Shown piece by piece: positions 30,851-40,868 of a stretch of DNA of 64,000 nucleotides (position 1 is the stretch's first letter; each line of letters begins with the position of its first letter). Under the pieces are notes generated by a model. It searched no databases. It was not told the DNA's origin and saw only the letters and a list, made by a program, of their open reading frames with translations. The position numbers and the translations under genes are program-made. The DNA lies in IMG/VR virus record IMGVR_UViG_3300025161_000004, positions 62,001 through 126,000 of that record; one strand, written 5' to 3'.

Positions 30851-31873
30851 TTATGGAATATAATTTAAAAGTGCCCATTCATCTATTGTTTGATCATAAA
30901 CTATTTCAATACCACCTCTCTGTGTATTAATTATTGCAGTTGGAAAACCATCTATAGTATTTCCATTTCCATCTATAATTATATTATTAATATTTGCACT
31001 TCCCACATCTTTTATTTTGTATACTTGACCATCTACAGGAGATGCTGGTAACGTAATAGTTAATCCACTTGTTGAACTATCAACAAAAACCACAAAATTT
31101 GTATTTGTTAATGTAGTATTCGCACTAACAATTATTTTCTGATTATAAATATTTTGAGGTGAAGTATAACCTGTAACAAAACCAACATCGGGTATTGATC
31201 TTGCAGTATAGTTAGCAGAATAATCTGTTAAATATTGAATGCCAGCAAAATCAGAAAAATTATTTTCACCAATAACGATTTTAGATGCGCCGCTTAATTC
31301 AATAAATACATTTGATGGCTCAGAATCGTTGCTGCTTAATCTTAATTTTTGATAGTCAATATTAATTGTTGAATTGTCTCCTGATAAACCAGCAGAAATC
31401 ACTATTGAATTTTGAGTGGTGTGGTTGGTAGATATCTCAATAATAGCATCATCTTTACCATATAATCCGATTAAACCAGATGTGCCTGAAACAGCAACAA
31501 TAAATTCATTAAATTCACTAACATTAAAGTCGCCAAAATATAGTGAATTTCCAGCACCACCAATTGTAGTGTCACCAGTTAAAGTACCACCAAGTACAAT
31601 TGTATTACCAAGTTTTGTTAAACCATTAGATGCTAATGTTGTTGTTCCAGTTGATGTTTTTAGAATCAGATCTGTATTACTAACACCATCTCTATACCAA
31701 TACTCTTTATCATTAACTAATACCGTTAAACCTCTATGTCTCTCAGATATTGGGATAAGAGTATTAACTTGAGTAACACCACTGTATGGAGCATTAGTAT
31801 TTGGGTTCAGATACTTAGCTTCAGATGGTTTACCTGCATTTACTTTAATATTATCGTTTAATATAATAGCCAT
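30851..31873 (-). CDS. Fibre-like virion protein
   Basis: 'ASNGLTK.G..IVLGGTLTGDT', 'YSANYTARS'; C-terminal 'VDS.....TITLPASP.DG....IKD.......I.IDGNGNTIDG' fibre module. Confidence 0.7.
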   Translation of the reverse strand: MAIILNDNIKVNAGKPSEAKYLNPNTNAPYSGVTQVNTLIPISERHRGLTVLVNDKEYWYRDGVSNTDLILKTSTGTTTLASNGLTKLGNTIVLGGTLTGDTTIGGAGNSLYFGDFNVSEFNEFIVAVSGTSGLIGLYGKDDAIIEISTNHTTQNSIVISAGLSGDNSTINIDYQKLRLSSNDSEPSNVFIELSGASKIVIGENNFSDFAGIQYLTDYSANYTARSIPDVGFVTGYTSPQNIYNQKIIVSANTTLTNTNFVVFVDSSTSGLTITLPASPVDGQVYKIKDVGSANINNIIIDGNGNTIDGFPTAIINTQRGGIEIVYDQTIDEWALLNYIP

Positions 31874-31888
31874 TTCTTATCTTATATA

Positions 31889-33928
31889 TTAACTATTCCT
31901 TAATTCCATAGCACCAGTTGTTGCCGTTTGATAGTTGCTTATGTATACTTTATATTCAATTCCTGACCATAATACTGTTGTTACACTCACTAAATCAAAA
32001 TTAGGAAATAAATTACCTGAAGGAGTGACAGCACCACCAATTGATCCGTTATTTAATGCATTAACGTACCATACAGTTTTGCTTGTTGATGTAGATGGTA
32101 TTGCAAACCATAAATAATCATCTGATGTTGCTCCGAATGTTATTGTGATCGTACCCATTGATGATGCAACTACTTTAGTACCACCAGAAACTAATGCACT
32201 TGTTGCTGTTGGTCTATTATCACCTGGGGCAGCACCACCTGAAGCAACTTTACCATAAAAATATGGATATATACCAGTAATTGTTACAGATTGATTTCCT
32301 GTCGTACCAGATGGTAATGGTGTTAAATATGGATTACCAGAACTATCATATGGTTGAGTACCTGCATCATAAGTAACAGACGATTGCCAAGTATTTGAAC
32401 CTGATAATACGGTATAACCAGTTACAGTTTGTGTATCTGTTAATGATGTAGATAGTACTGATGATGGTAATCCAGTACCTATATAATTATATCTGTTCGG
32501 TAAACCACTTCTAAATGCATCTGGACTTGAATACTGTGGTGACTTACTACCTCTATTAAATGTTGCAATAAATGATATGTTTATAGTACTACCAACTTCA
32601 AATATTGTACCTGATGGCGATGTTTTACTAAAAGTATTCGATGGATTAGTGAGTGTAGGGAATAATGTAGGTACAAGCAAGTCTTGAATTATCTGACTTA
32701 AAGTTTTACCAGTCAATACATAACCAGCATTTATACCACCTAAACTTATTGATGCTGGCGATATACCTTCGTATATGGTGCTTGCTGTTAAGCCAGTTGC
32801 TGTTACTTCAAATTCAATATTATCACCATTATCTGTAATAGTAATTCCATTACCAGCAACTAATGATTTAAAATATCCAGTATTCGAACTAACCCCTGAA
32901 AGTACATTAACACCAGTACCAACGTTTTGTAAATTTTGAATTCCACTAAAAGGTATGGAAAATGGTGACCATAAAATAGGATCAACATTAATAGTTACAA
33001 CACTTGGAGATGTTACCATCCAAGCAGTATTTCCTAATGTATTACCGCTTAAAACAGATACAAACGAACCAGTATTGATTTCACCAGCAGCATCAAAATC
33101 AGTTGCTCTTGTAAATAATTGAGTGCCTGAATTATAAGTATATATACCGTTTTGTGATGGTGTTGTTTGATTTTTAATTAAAACTCTCCAACCGTTCAAA
33201 ACAGGAATTCCATCTAAAATTCCTGATGTAAATGGAGATGTTAAATTTATATTACCATCAGTATCAGTAGTTGAAACATTAACAGGAGTTTTAGGTATTA
33301 ACCCTGCGGCTAAACTATCCACATACTCTTTATCGACAAGAGATCTATTTGAATACGTTGAATGATAATTTCCACCATATTCAATACCTCTTTTTATAAT
33401 ACTATTGTCTCTTACAAAAAAGTCTGAAGTACCACCCGTTATTGTAATATCAATACTTCCTTTAGCAGTATATCCACTTAATTCTACTGCAATTCTATTA
33501 AGTGTGAGTTGTGTTGAACTTATACCACGACCAGCAGTTAATTGATCTTGTTTACCTGTTGTGATTCCAGATATGTATGTAATATCAGAATGAATATCAT
33601 TAATTACTGATTCTGTTGAAGCACTAAATGTTTGTAAATCTACTATATCTCCCTCAATATTCTGAAGTCTTGTTTCAGTAGCTGCAGTGTATGCTGTAAA
33701 TAATGTAGTATCAAATTGTTTAGGCACTAAATCGCTATTAGTGACACCATTCTTATACCAATATTCAACTCCTAAAATATTTACTGTTAAACCAGTATGT
33801 CTAATCGTTATTGGTATTTCGCTATTAACCTGTGCAACAGAATCATATGGTACACCATTCCTTAGATATTTACTATCTGCTGGAAGTGGGTTTATAACTT
33901 TAAGACCGAAAGGTAATTCTAAACTCAT
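31889..33928 (-). CDS. Fibre/decoration-like virion protein (679 aa)
   Basis: Shares modules with 30851..31873, 25192..27051, 27078..28103 and 33930..34931. Confidence 0.7.
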   Translation of the reverse strand: MSLELPFGLKVINPLPADSKYLRNGVPYDSVAQVNSEIPITIRHTGLTVNILGVEYWYKNGVTNSDLVPKQFDTTLFTAYTAATETRLQNIEGDIVDLQTFSASTESVINDIHSDITYISGITTGKQDQLTAGRGISSTQLTLNRIAVELSGYTAKGSIDITITGGTSDFFVRDNSIIKRGIEYGGNYHSTYSNRSLVDKEYVDSLAAGLIPKTPVNVSTTDTDGNINLTSPFTSGILDGIPVLNGWRVLIKNQTTPSQNGIYTYNSGTQLFTRATDFDAAGEINTGSFVSVLSGNTLGNTAWMVTSPSVVTINVDPILWSPFSIPFSGIQNLQNVGTGVNVLSGVSSNTGYFKSLVAGNGITITDNGDNIEFEVTATGLTASTIYEGISPASISLGGINAGYVLTGKTLSQIIQDLLVPTLFPTLTNPSNTFSKTSPSGTIFEVGSTINISFIATFNRGSKSPQYSSPDAFRSGLPNRYNYIGTGLPSSVLSTSLTDTQTVTGYTVLSGSNTWQSSVTYDAGTQPYDSSGNPYLTPLPSGTTGNQSVTITGIYPYFYGKVASGGAAPGDNRPTATSALVSGGTKVVASSMGTITITFGATSDDYLWFAIPSTSTSKTVWYVNALNNGSIGGAVTPSGNLFPNFDLVSVTTVLWSGIEYKVYISNYQTATTGAMELRNS

Positions 33929-33929
33929 A

Positions 33930-34931
33930 TTACGCTGTTGTTATTTGATGTTTGTGATTTGAACTATATGGTGTACCAACGTTCATTTCATAAATGTTAT
34001 AGTTCCATATGGTTGGTCCTGATCCTCCATTATCTAATACTGGTGTCGATGATGAAACTAAAACATAGTTAGCAGTTATATTTGCATTAAGTGCATCTAA
34101 ATCTATTACTGATGTGATGACACGCCCAGGTGGTAGTGCAACAACAAACTTAGTTAACACATTACCAGTATTTAGTATAAATGTATTTATATCAGCAGTT
34201 TGATATGCATTCAACGGTAATGCTCTAACTGCTGCACTGGTAGTTGGTGTTGTTGATGCTGGGCCATAGAATCTTAAATATCTTGCGGTAACAGTATAAT
34301 TAGATGAAATAAATGTACCTGATTGTGTATTTGTCCCTTCTGCTCTCCATACTTGTGTCGAACCATTTGTCGCTAATTCTCTATTATTAATAGTTACCAA
34401 TTCAGAGCCATCATTAGCTAAACCAGTTGCAAGTGTTGTACCAGATGATACATCTCTAATTACAATACTGTTTGCTAAAACATTTCCTGAATTTGAAGTT
34501 GCCCAAGTGAATGTTCTTGAGCCAGACAACACAGTACCAACTTCTACTGGTGTTGTTTGTGACGATGAAAATGAAGTAAATGCTGGTGCTTGATATACTA
34601 CAAGCATATCCCTTAATATAACATCCAATGGTTTACCTGCTAAAACATATCCATTACTTATACCTCCAACAGGACTCGATAATGATGCTGGAGAATCTAA
34701 CATATAGACACCTGTACCACCACTACCTGTCTGATCTATTAATCTTATTTTACCATCTATATCAACACCTAAAACCTGATTGTATGTACCACCAGTAGCT
34801 ATAATTTCTCTACCATGTAAAATAAACGTACCACCACTAACAATCTCTGTTGTTCCAGAAAGCGTTAAGGTGCTACCACTTACTTGTTTAAATTGTCTAT
34901 TATCGAGTTCTGGACGTGTAAAGAAAGCCAT
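33930..34931 (-). CDS. Virion structural protein (fibre-associated)
   Basis: 'FKQVSGSTL.LSG.T' N-terminus shared with 28953..30755; Ig-like C-terminal part. Confidence 0.65.
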   Translation of the reverse strand: MAFFTRPELDNRQFKQVSGSTLTLSGTTEIVSGGTFILHGREIIATGGTYNQVLGVDIDGKIRLIDQTGSGGTGVYMLDSPASLSSPVGGISNGYVLAGKPLDVILRDMLVVYQAPAFTSFSSSQTTPVEVGTVLSGSRTFTWATSNSGNVLANSIVIRDVSSGTTLATGLANDGSELVTINNRELATNGSTQVWRAEGTNTQSGTFISSNYTVTARYLRFYGPASTTPTTSAAVRALPLNAYQTADINTFILNTGNVLTKFVVALPPGRVITSVIDLDALNANITANYVLVSSSTPVLDNGGSGPTIWNYNIYEMNVGTPYSSNHKHQITTA

Positions 34932-35126
34932 TCTATATTAATACATTTAAAATATGTTCATATTATTCAATATATAATTACACACTTTTTTATTCCTCAT
35001 AAAATTTTATCTAACTTGCTGACCGTCTATATAGTTACACAATTAAAAGTATACACTAATCCCTGTATAACTATTATTCGTTACATATAAATACCCAATT
35101 ATTAAAATAAAAAACTAATAAAAAAT

Positions 35127-35154
35127 AAAAAAGCAGAGAAATAATCTCTGCTTT
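35127..35154 (-). terminator. Intrinsic terminator
   Basis: AAAGCAGAGA-TTAT-TTCTCTGCTTTTTT. Confidence 0.75.
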
Positions 35155-35194
35155 AAAAATGTTTTTTTATATTAAATCTTAATTCAACTATAAA

Positions 35195-36218
35195 TTATTC
35201 TAATAGATTAAAACCGATTTTTCCATTAAATTCTTTGTGTCCGTTATAATTGTTGTAATTATAGAGTTCTGCTAAAGTATGCTCTTTATTTACTCTTATA
35301 TCAGAACCAATTCTTTCAAGAACTTTATTACACATGTCAATCGATAATCTTCCAAAATTAACTTCAGCTAACAATCTTCCTTTTCTAAACAAAGCCGTAT
35401 CAATATTTTCTTTGACATTGATAGTTGCTAAAATCTTTATCTTAAAAAGATCACCCATAATACCATCACAAACGTTTAACAGTGTAGAGATTATATTATT
35501 TGATCGCATTTTTCTATCTATAAATAGATTTTCACTATCCTCAAATATAAGAATATTGTCTTTCAAATTTTGAATTACAAAACTCATATTTCTCGGCTCA
35601 AATAAATATTGAACCATGTCTTGTGTTACGTAAACAAAATCTTTTTTAACACTCTTCACTAAATGCTTTATAAGATAGGATTTTCCAGTACCTGGGTCAC
35701 CCATAAAAATAATTAATCCGCTTTTATCCATTGATAATATTTCTTGTAATTCATTAATGGTGAAGTTAATATTATAACTATCTTCATGTAATTCAAACTT
35801 AGGTAATGTAAATGGTATCTTGTTGATATTATAATTATCTGCAACAAGAAAATATACATTATCTTTTTTTTTCTAGACTTTTCTCGAAATCAATTAACAA
35901 AGCATTAATTTTTTCTGAATTTTTAAACTTACTACAGTAAAAATGTGATATTTTAAAAGTAATCAAAATATATGATTTATATGTTTTGTGAACTAAATGT
36001 ATCTCATTACTAAAATCTAATAAAATAGAATAACCTGCATTAAGTAATTTTTGTAATAAATCAGGGTTTATCAAGTTTTCATTATTATTTTTAAATATTT
36101 TATGGAATAATGTATTATTACTATCAATATTCATCACATCAAAAATATAACGGTAGTATAAAAAACTATTATATACCCCAATATATTTAGAATCTAATTG
36201 TTTATTTGTTCGAGTCAT
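35195..36218 (-). CDS. AAA+ ATPase apparently split by a frameshift at an A9 tract (joined product about 340 aa)
   Basis: Walker A 'GDPGTGKS', Walker B 'LIFED', 'LLNVCDG', 'ATIN', 'DTALFRKGR'. The ATPase frame is open for 44 codons upstream of 35731, back to the A9 tract at 35864-35872. Deleting one A fuses it to ORF 35859..36218. Confidence 0.7.
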
Positions 36219-37197
36219 AATGTTTGTTTATTATTTTAAAACTTCCTTTACTATATTGTACTACTACACCTTCAAACGGTTTACCATATAATTCTTTTAG
36301 GTCTTCAGAATATTTTTTTATTAAATCTGGCGTTAAAATCACGTTTTCTTCAACTAATTTCACCGTAGGTAAATCCATTTCCTTTGCAACATTAAGAAAA
36401 TAAAATTGATCGCCTTTACGTGCATATCTACGTTCATCAATCAAATAAACAGAAAACATTGCCCAACCATTACTCAATTTTGAGTGTGGATTAATCTTTA
36501 TTGATTGAATACCAATACCATATGATTCACCACGAATTGAAAGAGAGATTCTATACTTTTCACTAAACTCGGTAAGTTTCCTTTCAATATCATATCTTGA
36601 GACATTATTAGTATAGTTATTTGAAATTTCTAGCTTTAATTCATGTTTCCTACCCAAAACACCAAATGTTTTTTCGACGAAATGACGGTAAAATGAATTA
36701 CTTTGACCATCAATTTTTAAAAAAATATCAACCAATTCACCATATGGTAATTCTGAATTATCTAAATTTTCCCACCTTTCTTCATCAGTTACAGGAATAC
36801 CATATGGTAATTCTCCTTTTATTGAGATATCGGTTGGTGTGGGTGGTTCATAATGACTAATCCAAAGTAGTTCTGATACATCCTCACCAACATGGTAATC
36901 TTTAATTGTTTCGGAAATTTCCTTGGGTAATGCTGTGAATGGTATAATAATACCTTCACTCCAAATATCACGAAGTTTAACCGCCTTCACTCTTTTTTGA
37001 GAATATTTTTTATATTCTTGTGCCCACTCAGAATCTGGAAATACACTATCGGGTCGAACATAAATAACTTTATCACCAACCTTAAACTGATCTCTTTTTG
37101 TGATACATTTATACCCCAATACTGTACAAATATCTAAACGATCGGCGTTCGGATGATTGATAACTTCTTTTACTACTTCAATTGTTGCATCTCTCAT
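36202..37197 (-). CDS. ATP-dependent RNA ligase, DRB0094/Rnl5-like, with N-terminal OB (tRNA-binding-like) domain
   Basis: N-terminal 'HPNADRLD...V.G......F.VGD.V.Y..PDS'; motif I 'KIDG', III 'RGE.YG.GIQ', IV 'EGVV', V 'FKII'. Confidence 0.85.
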   Translation of the reverse strand: MRDATIEVVKEVINHPNADRLDICTVLGYKCITKRDQFKVGDKVIYVRPDSVFPDSEWAQEYKKYSQKRVKAVKLRDIWSEGIIIPFTALPKEISETIKDYHVGEDVSELLWISHYEPPTPTDISIKGELPYGIPVTDEERWENLDNSELPYGELVDIFLKIDGQSNSFYRHFVEKTFGVLGRKHELKLEISNNYTNNVSRYDIERKLTEFSEKYRISLSIRGESYGIGIQSIKINPHSKLSNGWAMFSVYLIDERRYARKGDQFYFLNVAKEMDLPTVKLVEENVILTPDLIKKYSEDLKELYGKPFEGVVVQYSKGSFKIINKHYDSNK

Positions 37198-37254
37198 GAA
37201 TTCAGGATTTTGTTATCAAAATTTTTTTTCTCGAAATTTCTATCCCTTATCTTA

Positions 37255-37262
37255 CAAATATA
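37255..37262 (-). promoter_or_regulatory. Bacteroidota-type -7 element (TATATTTG) upstream of the RNA ligase
   Basis: TAnnTTTG match 58 nt upstream of the ATG. Confidence 0.5.
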
Positions 37263-37315
37263 ACAAAAAATAATGTTTAAGACAGCTATTACATTGTAAA
37301 TTTTCTTTTTTCAAT

Positions 37316-37438
37316 TTATTTATTTTTGATTGATTTTTTGGTTTTAGATTTTTTTAACTCTCTTTTTTTTAGCTTTTTATGTTCTGAATTGTTTTTATTA
37401 ATCTTTTCCTGATTAATACCGTCAAGCCAAATATTCAT
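37316..37438 (-). CDS. Possible small Lys-rich protein (40 aa, MNIWLDGINQEK...)
   Basis: ATG-to-TAA ORF read by hand in the 500-bp gap; below the ORF-track cutoff. Confidence 0.3.
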   Translation of the reverse strand: MNIWLDGINQEKINKNNSEHKKLKKRELKKSKTKKSIKNK

Positions 37439-37641
37439 AAATTATGATTTGATTTTAACTTATCTTTTTATGGATTAAAAATAACAATAAATAATTTAAT
37501 TTTTATGAAAAAAAAATATTATTTATCTTTTTTACATATAAAAAACTACTTTTAAATCTATTCTCTCCAATGATTAAAAATATTTTTGAAATTGAGAATA
37601 ATATATTCAGGATAGTTATGATTAAAACTTCCATTTTTGAT

Positions 37642-37675
37642 AAAAAAAGGGGTATTCGTTCACATAAATACCCCT
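37642..37675 (-). terminator. Intrinsic terminator ending the TROVE-like/ARPP-like operon
   Basis: AGGGGTATT-loop-AATACCCCTTTTTTT. Confidence 0.75.
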
Positions 37676-37698
37676 ATAAAAATAAAATAAGTTAATTT

Positions 37699-38802
37699 TT
37701 AGATACTAAAATTACTTTGTTTGCGTGATTTAGCCCTTAACTCGGTAACCCTACGTAATGATTCTGGATTAAATCTTTCTCTTTTAACAATACTTACCAT
37801 GTGGTGATAATTCTCTTCAGAGATAACTTGACCAACATAACCAGTGTGTTTTAATATATAACTTTTTGGTAAAGAAGCAGTTGCATCACTTGGATTACCT
37901 GTAGTATCCAAAGTAGATTCAAATGTAAGATCAAGTAATTCTTTTACTTTATCTTCAACAGACTTGGTAATATTTTTCTTGGTTTTATTCAAAGCAGTTT
38001 CTATCTTGCTAAGAACATCACCTCTATTTACTTTAGAATATTCTTCAGTAAAATACTTCTTACCACTTTTCTTATTCAACTCACTGATAATAGCAAGTGA
38101 CCCATAGCAATCACGTATAAGTCTTTCCCATACTTGTTCAGCATAGGTAAATGAAGGAAACTTATCAATCGCAACTATTTCACCATCGATCAATACAATT
38201 GTACCAATCAAGTTCTTTGGTCTTTCAAAGTGTGCAATAAACTGTTCGAGTTTCTTGTCGTACTTATTAAAATACTTATCAAGATAATATCCAGTATTGG
38301 TATTGGTATCTCTACCTAATTTTTCAATAGCAGGATATATGTTTGCATGACCAACAGTATAACCTACTTTATCAAACAACATTTCTCTCATTGAGAGAGG
38401 TATCAAACGCATTTCGTTGCCGTTTGTATCTCTGATGTAACCTGTTTGTGAACCCTGTACACAACCAGCATCATCATATCTTACAGTAGATGATTTTGGC
38501 AAGTATGCTGACTTCACCATACCGTGATTTTGTGCTGATTGTTTAGTCATTATCGCCAATTGAGTTGGCATAATAACTTCCTTGTTTGATTCATTCTTAA
38601 ATATTAAGTTACCATAACCACTATTAGATGCTTTAACATCTTTAAATGGATTAGCAAATCTTTCATCCAAAGAAAATTCCTTGTCTGTAGTTAAACAAAC
38701 CAATTGCATATTCATTATTGATTGAACAACTATGTTTCCAGACGCATCCTTTACTGGTCTGCAACCTTTCAATAATTCGACAAATTCTTTCTGTGCATTC
38801 AT
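37699..38802 (-). CDS. ARPP/DUF6569-like protein
   Basis: 'YG.L.F.N......P......K..AQNH...', 'GCVQ.SQ.G' and 'G.IVLIDGEIVAID.FPS..Y...W..L' pattern, recognised from memory as ARPP-type; 11 nt downstream of the TROVE-like gene. Confidence 0.5.
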   Translation of the reverse strand: MNAQKEFVELLKGCRPVKDASGNIVVQSIMNMQLVCLTTDKEFSLDERFANPFKDVKASNSGYGNLIFKNESNKEVIMPTQLAIMTKQSAQNHGMVKSAYLPKSSTVRYDDAGCVQGSQTGYIRDTNGNEMRLIPLSMREMLFDKVGYTVGHANIYPAIEKLGRDTNTNTGYYLDKYFNKYDKKLEQFIAHFERPKNLIGTIVLIDGEIVAIDKFPSFTYAEQVWERLIRDCYGSLAIISELNKKSGKKYFTEEYSKVNRGDVLSKIETALNKTKKNITKSVEDKVKELLDLTFESTLDTTGNPSDATASLPKSYILKHTGYVGQVISEENYHHMVSIVKRERFNPESLRRVTELRAKSRKQSNFSI

Positions 38803-38813
38803 ATTCTTAATCT

Positions 38814-40451
38814 TTAGGCTTTGACATAATTTTTTCTTATTCTTGAAACATTGTTTGCTTCAATCAATTTTACTTGATTTAACAACCACTGTTTAGTATC
38901 AACTTCAAGCATCTTAGCACTCATTTGAGTAGCAATTGATGCTGGGTTGCTCACTGCAAGTAATGCAACATTCGTGTTTGCAATTGGTCTCACATTTGCA
39001 TTCATTTCAGCACCAACGATTGGTGAAATCTGGAATATAGGTAATGATCTCTGTGTTTCATTGATATATGTTTCAATTACTTCACCTGCCAAACCTTCAT
39101 ACTGATTTTCATAACCATCAGTGATTATAAAAATTGCATCATATTTATTTTGTTCACTTTCGTTTTTCAACAGAGAAACAAATGCTGTAGCAATATCAGT
39201 TGCCTCACCTTCAGTATTTACCACAACTTGAGTTTTAGATGATTTTTCCAAAACTTTTACAGTGAAATCAGCAATTGCTCTTGGAGTATTCTTTGATTCC
39301 ACTTTATTACCGAACATTGAGTTTGATCTATCAACAATAATTCCAATATTGTTGTACGCAAAACCAGTGATCTTATTAGATTCTGCAAGTTTATCAATTG
39401 CATTAATCAATTTAGCATCAAAACCATTTTCATAGCCAGTTTTATACAATGCCATGAAATCAGTCGCAGCTTCTAAATTAACTTCCTTAACTACACCAAG
39501 TTTTTCATTTTTCTTGGTCTGTCTTACTTGCTGATTTACAGAAGTAACTTCATTGTTTTTTCTAATCAATGCAAGTGTTGATTTTCTCAACAATTTAGTT
39601 GACCACATACCAGCATATTGTGGGTGTTTCTTATTTGAAACTAAACCAACCAATACTTCTTCAGGTACTTTAGTTACTGAAGTAATATCTTGTGTTGCAA
39701 CATAAAATTCGCTGATAATTGGAAATTCACTTTTTGAATAAAATGATTTATCACCCTTACCAAAGATGAATAAAAAAATCTTGTATAATTTTTCACTATT
39801 AAGAATTGGAGAATACTTTTTAAGAAAAGTATTACTGATTTTTACCTCCTTTTCATTTGAATAAACTCCACCACTTCTAATATACTTTTCAGCAATAGAA
39901 AGAAGAATAGATGTTTTCTTTTCACCATAGACGTGTTTTAAAATATTTCTAATCTTTTTTCTATATTTAACAGAATAAAACTCTAAATTGGGATTACCCA
40001 AAATGTAACCAAGTACTATTTTTCTTGCTCTTTCGTTATTAATTTTATTCTTGCGTAATAAAATAAACAAACGAAGCACATAAGAAATACCTAAATTTTT
40101 ATCTAGATTATACAATGCACCAAGAAGTGCTTTATCTGAAATACCATTATCAATCCAATCAATAGGATTAACAATATAACATGCACCACCATTAGCTGTA
40201 TTTTTAAATTCATTCAATATAGCTTCCTGAATAAATTTACCTGTAACACCATTTTGATTTGCAAGTATCAATGGTAATTCTTTTGATGTTGAATATAATG
40301 ATGATATAGCATTTTTTATTGCAACATCTTGCTCCTCTTTAGAATGATAATATGTAGCTCCACCTCTCGCACCACTTGCAATAGAAATACCATCAATTAA
40401 TGATTTTTTTATTACTGATAATTGTTTTGCGGTTAATACTAATTGTTCCAT
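38814..40451 (-). CDS. TROVE/Ro60-like protein with C-terminal vWA (MIDAS) domain
   Basis: About 360-aa basic helical N-terminal region starting 'GGATYY'; then MIDAS 'IIVDRSNSM', 'ATDIA', 'IITDGYEN'. About 545 aa, as for Ro60. Likely ATG is at 40451. The vWA call is firm; the TROVE call is inferred. Confidence 0.6.
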   Translation of the reverse strand: MEQLVLTAKQLSVIKKSLIDGISIASGARGGATYYHSKEEQDVAIKNAISSLYSTSKELPLILANQNGVTGKFIQEAILNEFKNTANGGACYIVNPIDWIDNGISDKALLGALYNLDKNLGISYVLRLFILLRKNKINNERARKIVLGYILGNPNLEFYSVKYRKKIRNILKHVYGEKKTSILLSIAEKYIRSGGVYSNEKEVKISNTFLKKYSPILNSEKLYKIFLFIFGKGDKSFYSKSEFPIISEFYVATQDITSVTKVPEEVLVGLVSNKKHPQYAGMWSTKLLRKSTLALIRKNNEVTSVNQQVRQTKKNEKLGVVKEVNLEAATDFMALYKTGYENGFDAKLINAIDKLAESNKITGFAYNNIGIIVDRSNSMFGNKVESKNTPRAIADFTVKVLEKSSKTQVVVNTEGEATDIATAFVSLLKNESEQNKYDAIFIITDGYENQYEGLAGEVIETYINETQRSLPIFQISPIVGAEMNANVRPIANTNVALLAVSNPASIATQMSAKMLEVDTKQWLLNQVKLIEANNVSRIRKNYVKA

Positions 40452-40515
40452 AAACAAATTTTATATTTAAAAACTAATCTATGTCTTTATTTTCCGTATT
40501 TTCTTATTGATACCT

Positions 40516-40546
40516 CAAAGGTAAGTAATTATATTTTTCCGTCAAA
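40516..40546 (-). promoter_or_regulatory. Bacteroidota sigma70-type promoter of the TROVE-like gene
   Basis: -33 TTTG (40546-40543), 19-nt spacer, -7 TACCTTTG (40523-40516). Confidence 0.7.
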
Positions 40547-40553
40547 ATAAAAT

Positions 40554-40584
40554 AAAAAAAAGTGATGAATTTTTTACTCATCAC
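40554..40584 (-). terminator. Intrinsic terminator closing the ncRNA cluster
   Basis: GTGATGAG-TAAAAAA-TTCATCAC-TTTTTTTT. Confidence 0.75.
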
Positions 40585-40660
40585 CTCTTCAAAAATCTTG
40601 AATAATTTTATTAGGTTATATTTTGACTTACTTATACAGTAAGTATCTAAATTTCTTATT

Positions 40661-40751
40661 TAAAGGAATATTTCTTTTGTATTTTTTTGGTCGTAAAAGT
40701 GAAATTTTACAATTTAACTATTTTACTGAAAATACAAATAGTTTTCCTTTA
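40661..40751 (-). ncRNA. Structured small RNA unit A (Y-RNA-like, about 91 nt)
   Basis: Ends pair (TAAAGGAA/TTCCTTTA); internal loop; second helix TTTGTATTTT/AAAATACAAA; contains GGAAAACT-N11-CAGTAA; inner hairpin GTAAAA/TTTTAC. Confidence 0.6.
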
Positions 40752-40868
40752 ATGTCTTCAAATTAAAACCACCTATTTTAATTTTTTAATAGGAATATAC
40801 AAGTTCGATTTTTTTAATTGGTTATAACTTAAAATTTGAATCAAAAATCGTAACTTCATTATATATAG

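Noticed and set aside
24045-34931. Diversity-generating retroelement acting on fibre genes
   Set aside because: There is no reverse transcriptase, and I saw no roughly 100-bp template/variable repeat pair differing at adenines. The only exact DNA repeat I noticed is a 28-bp intragenic duplication.
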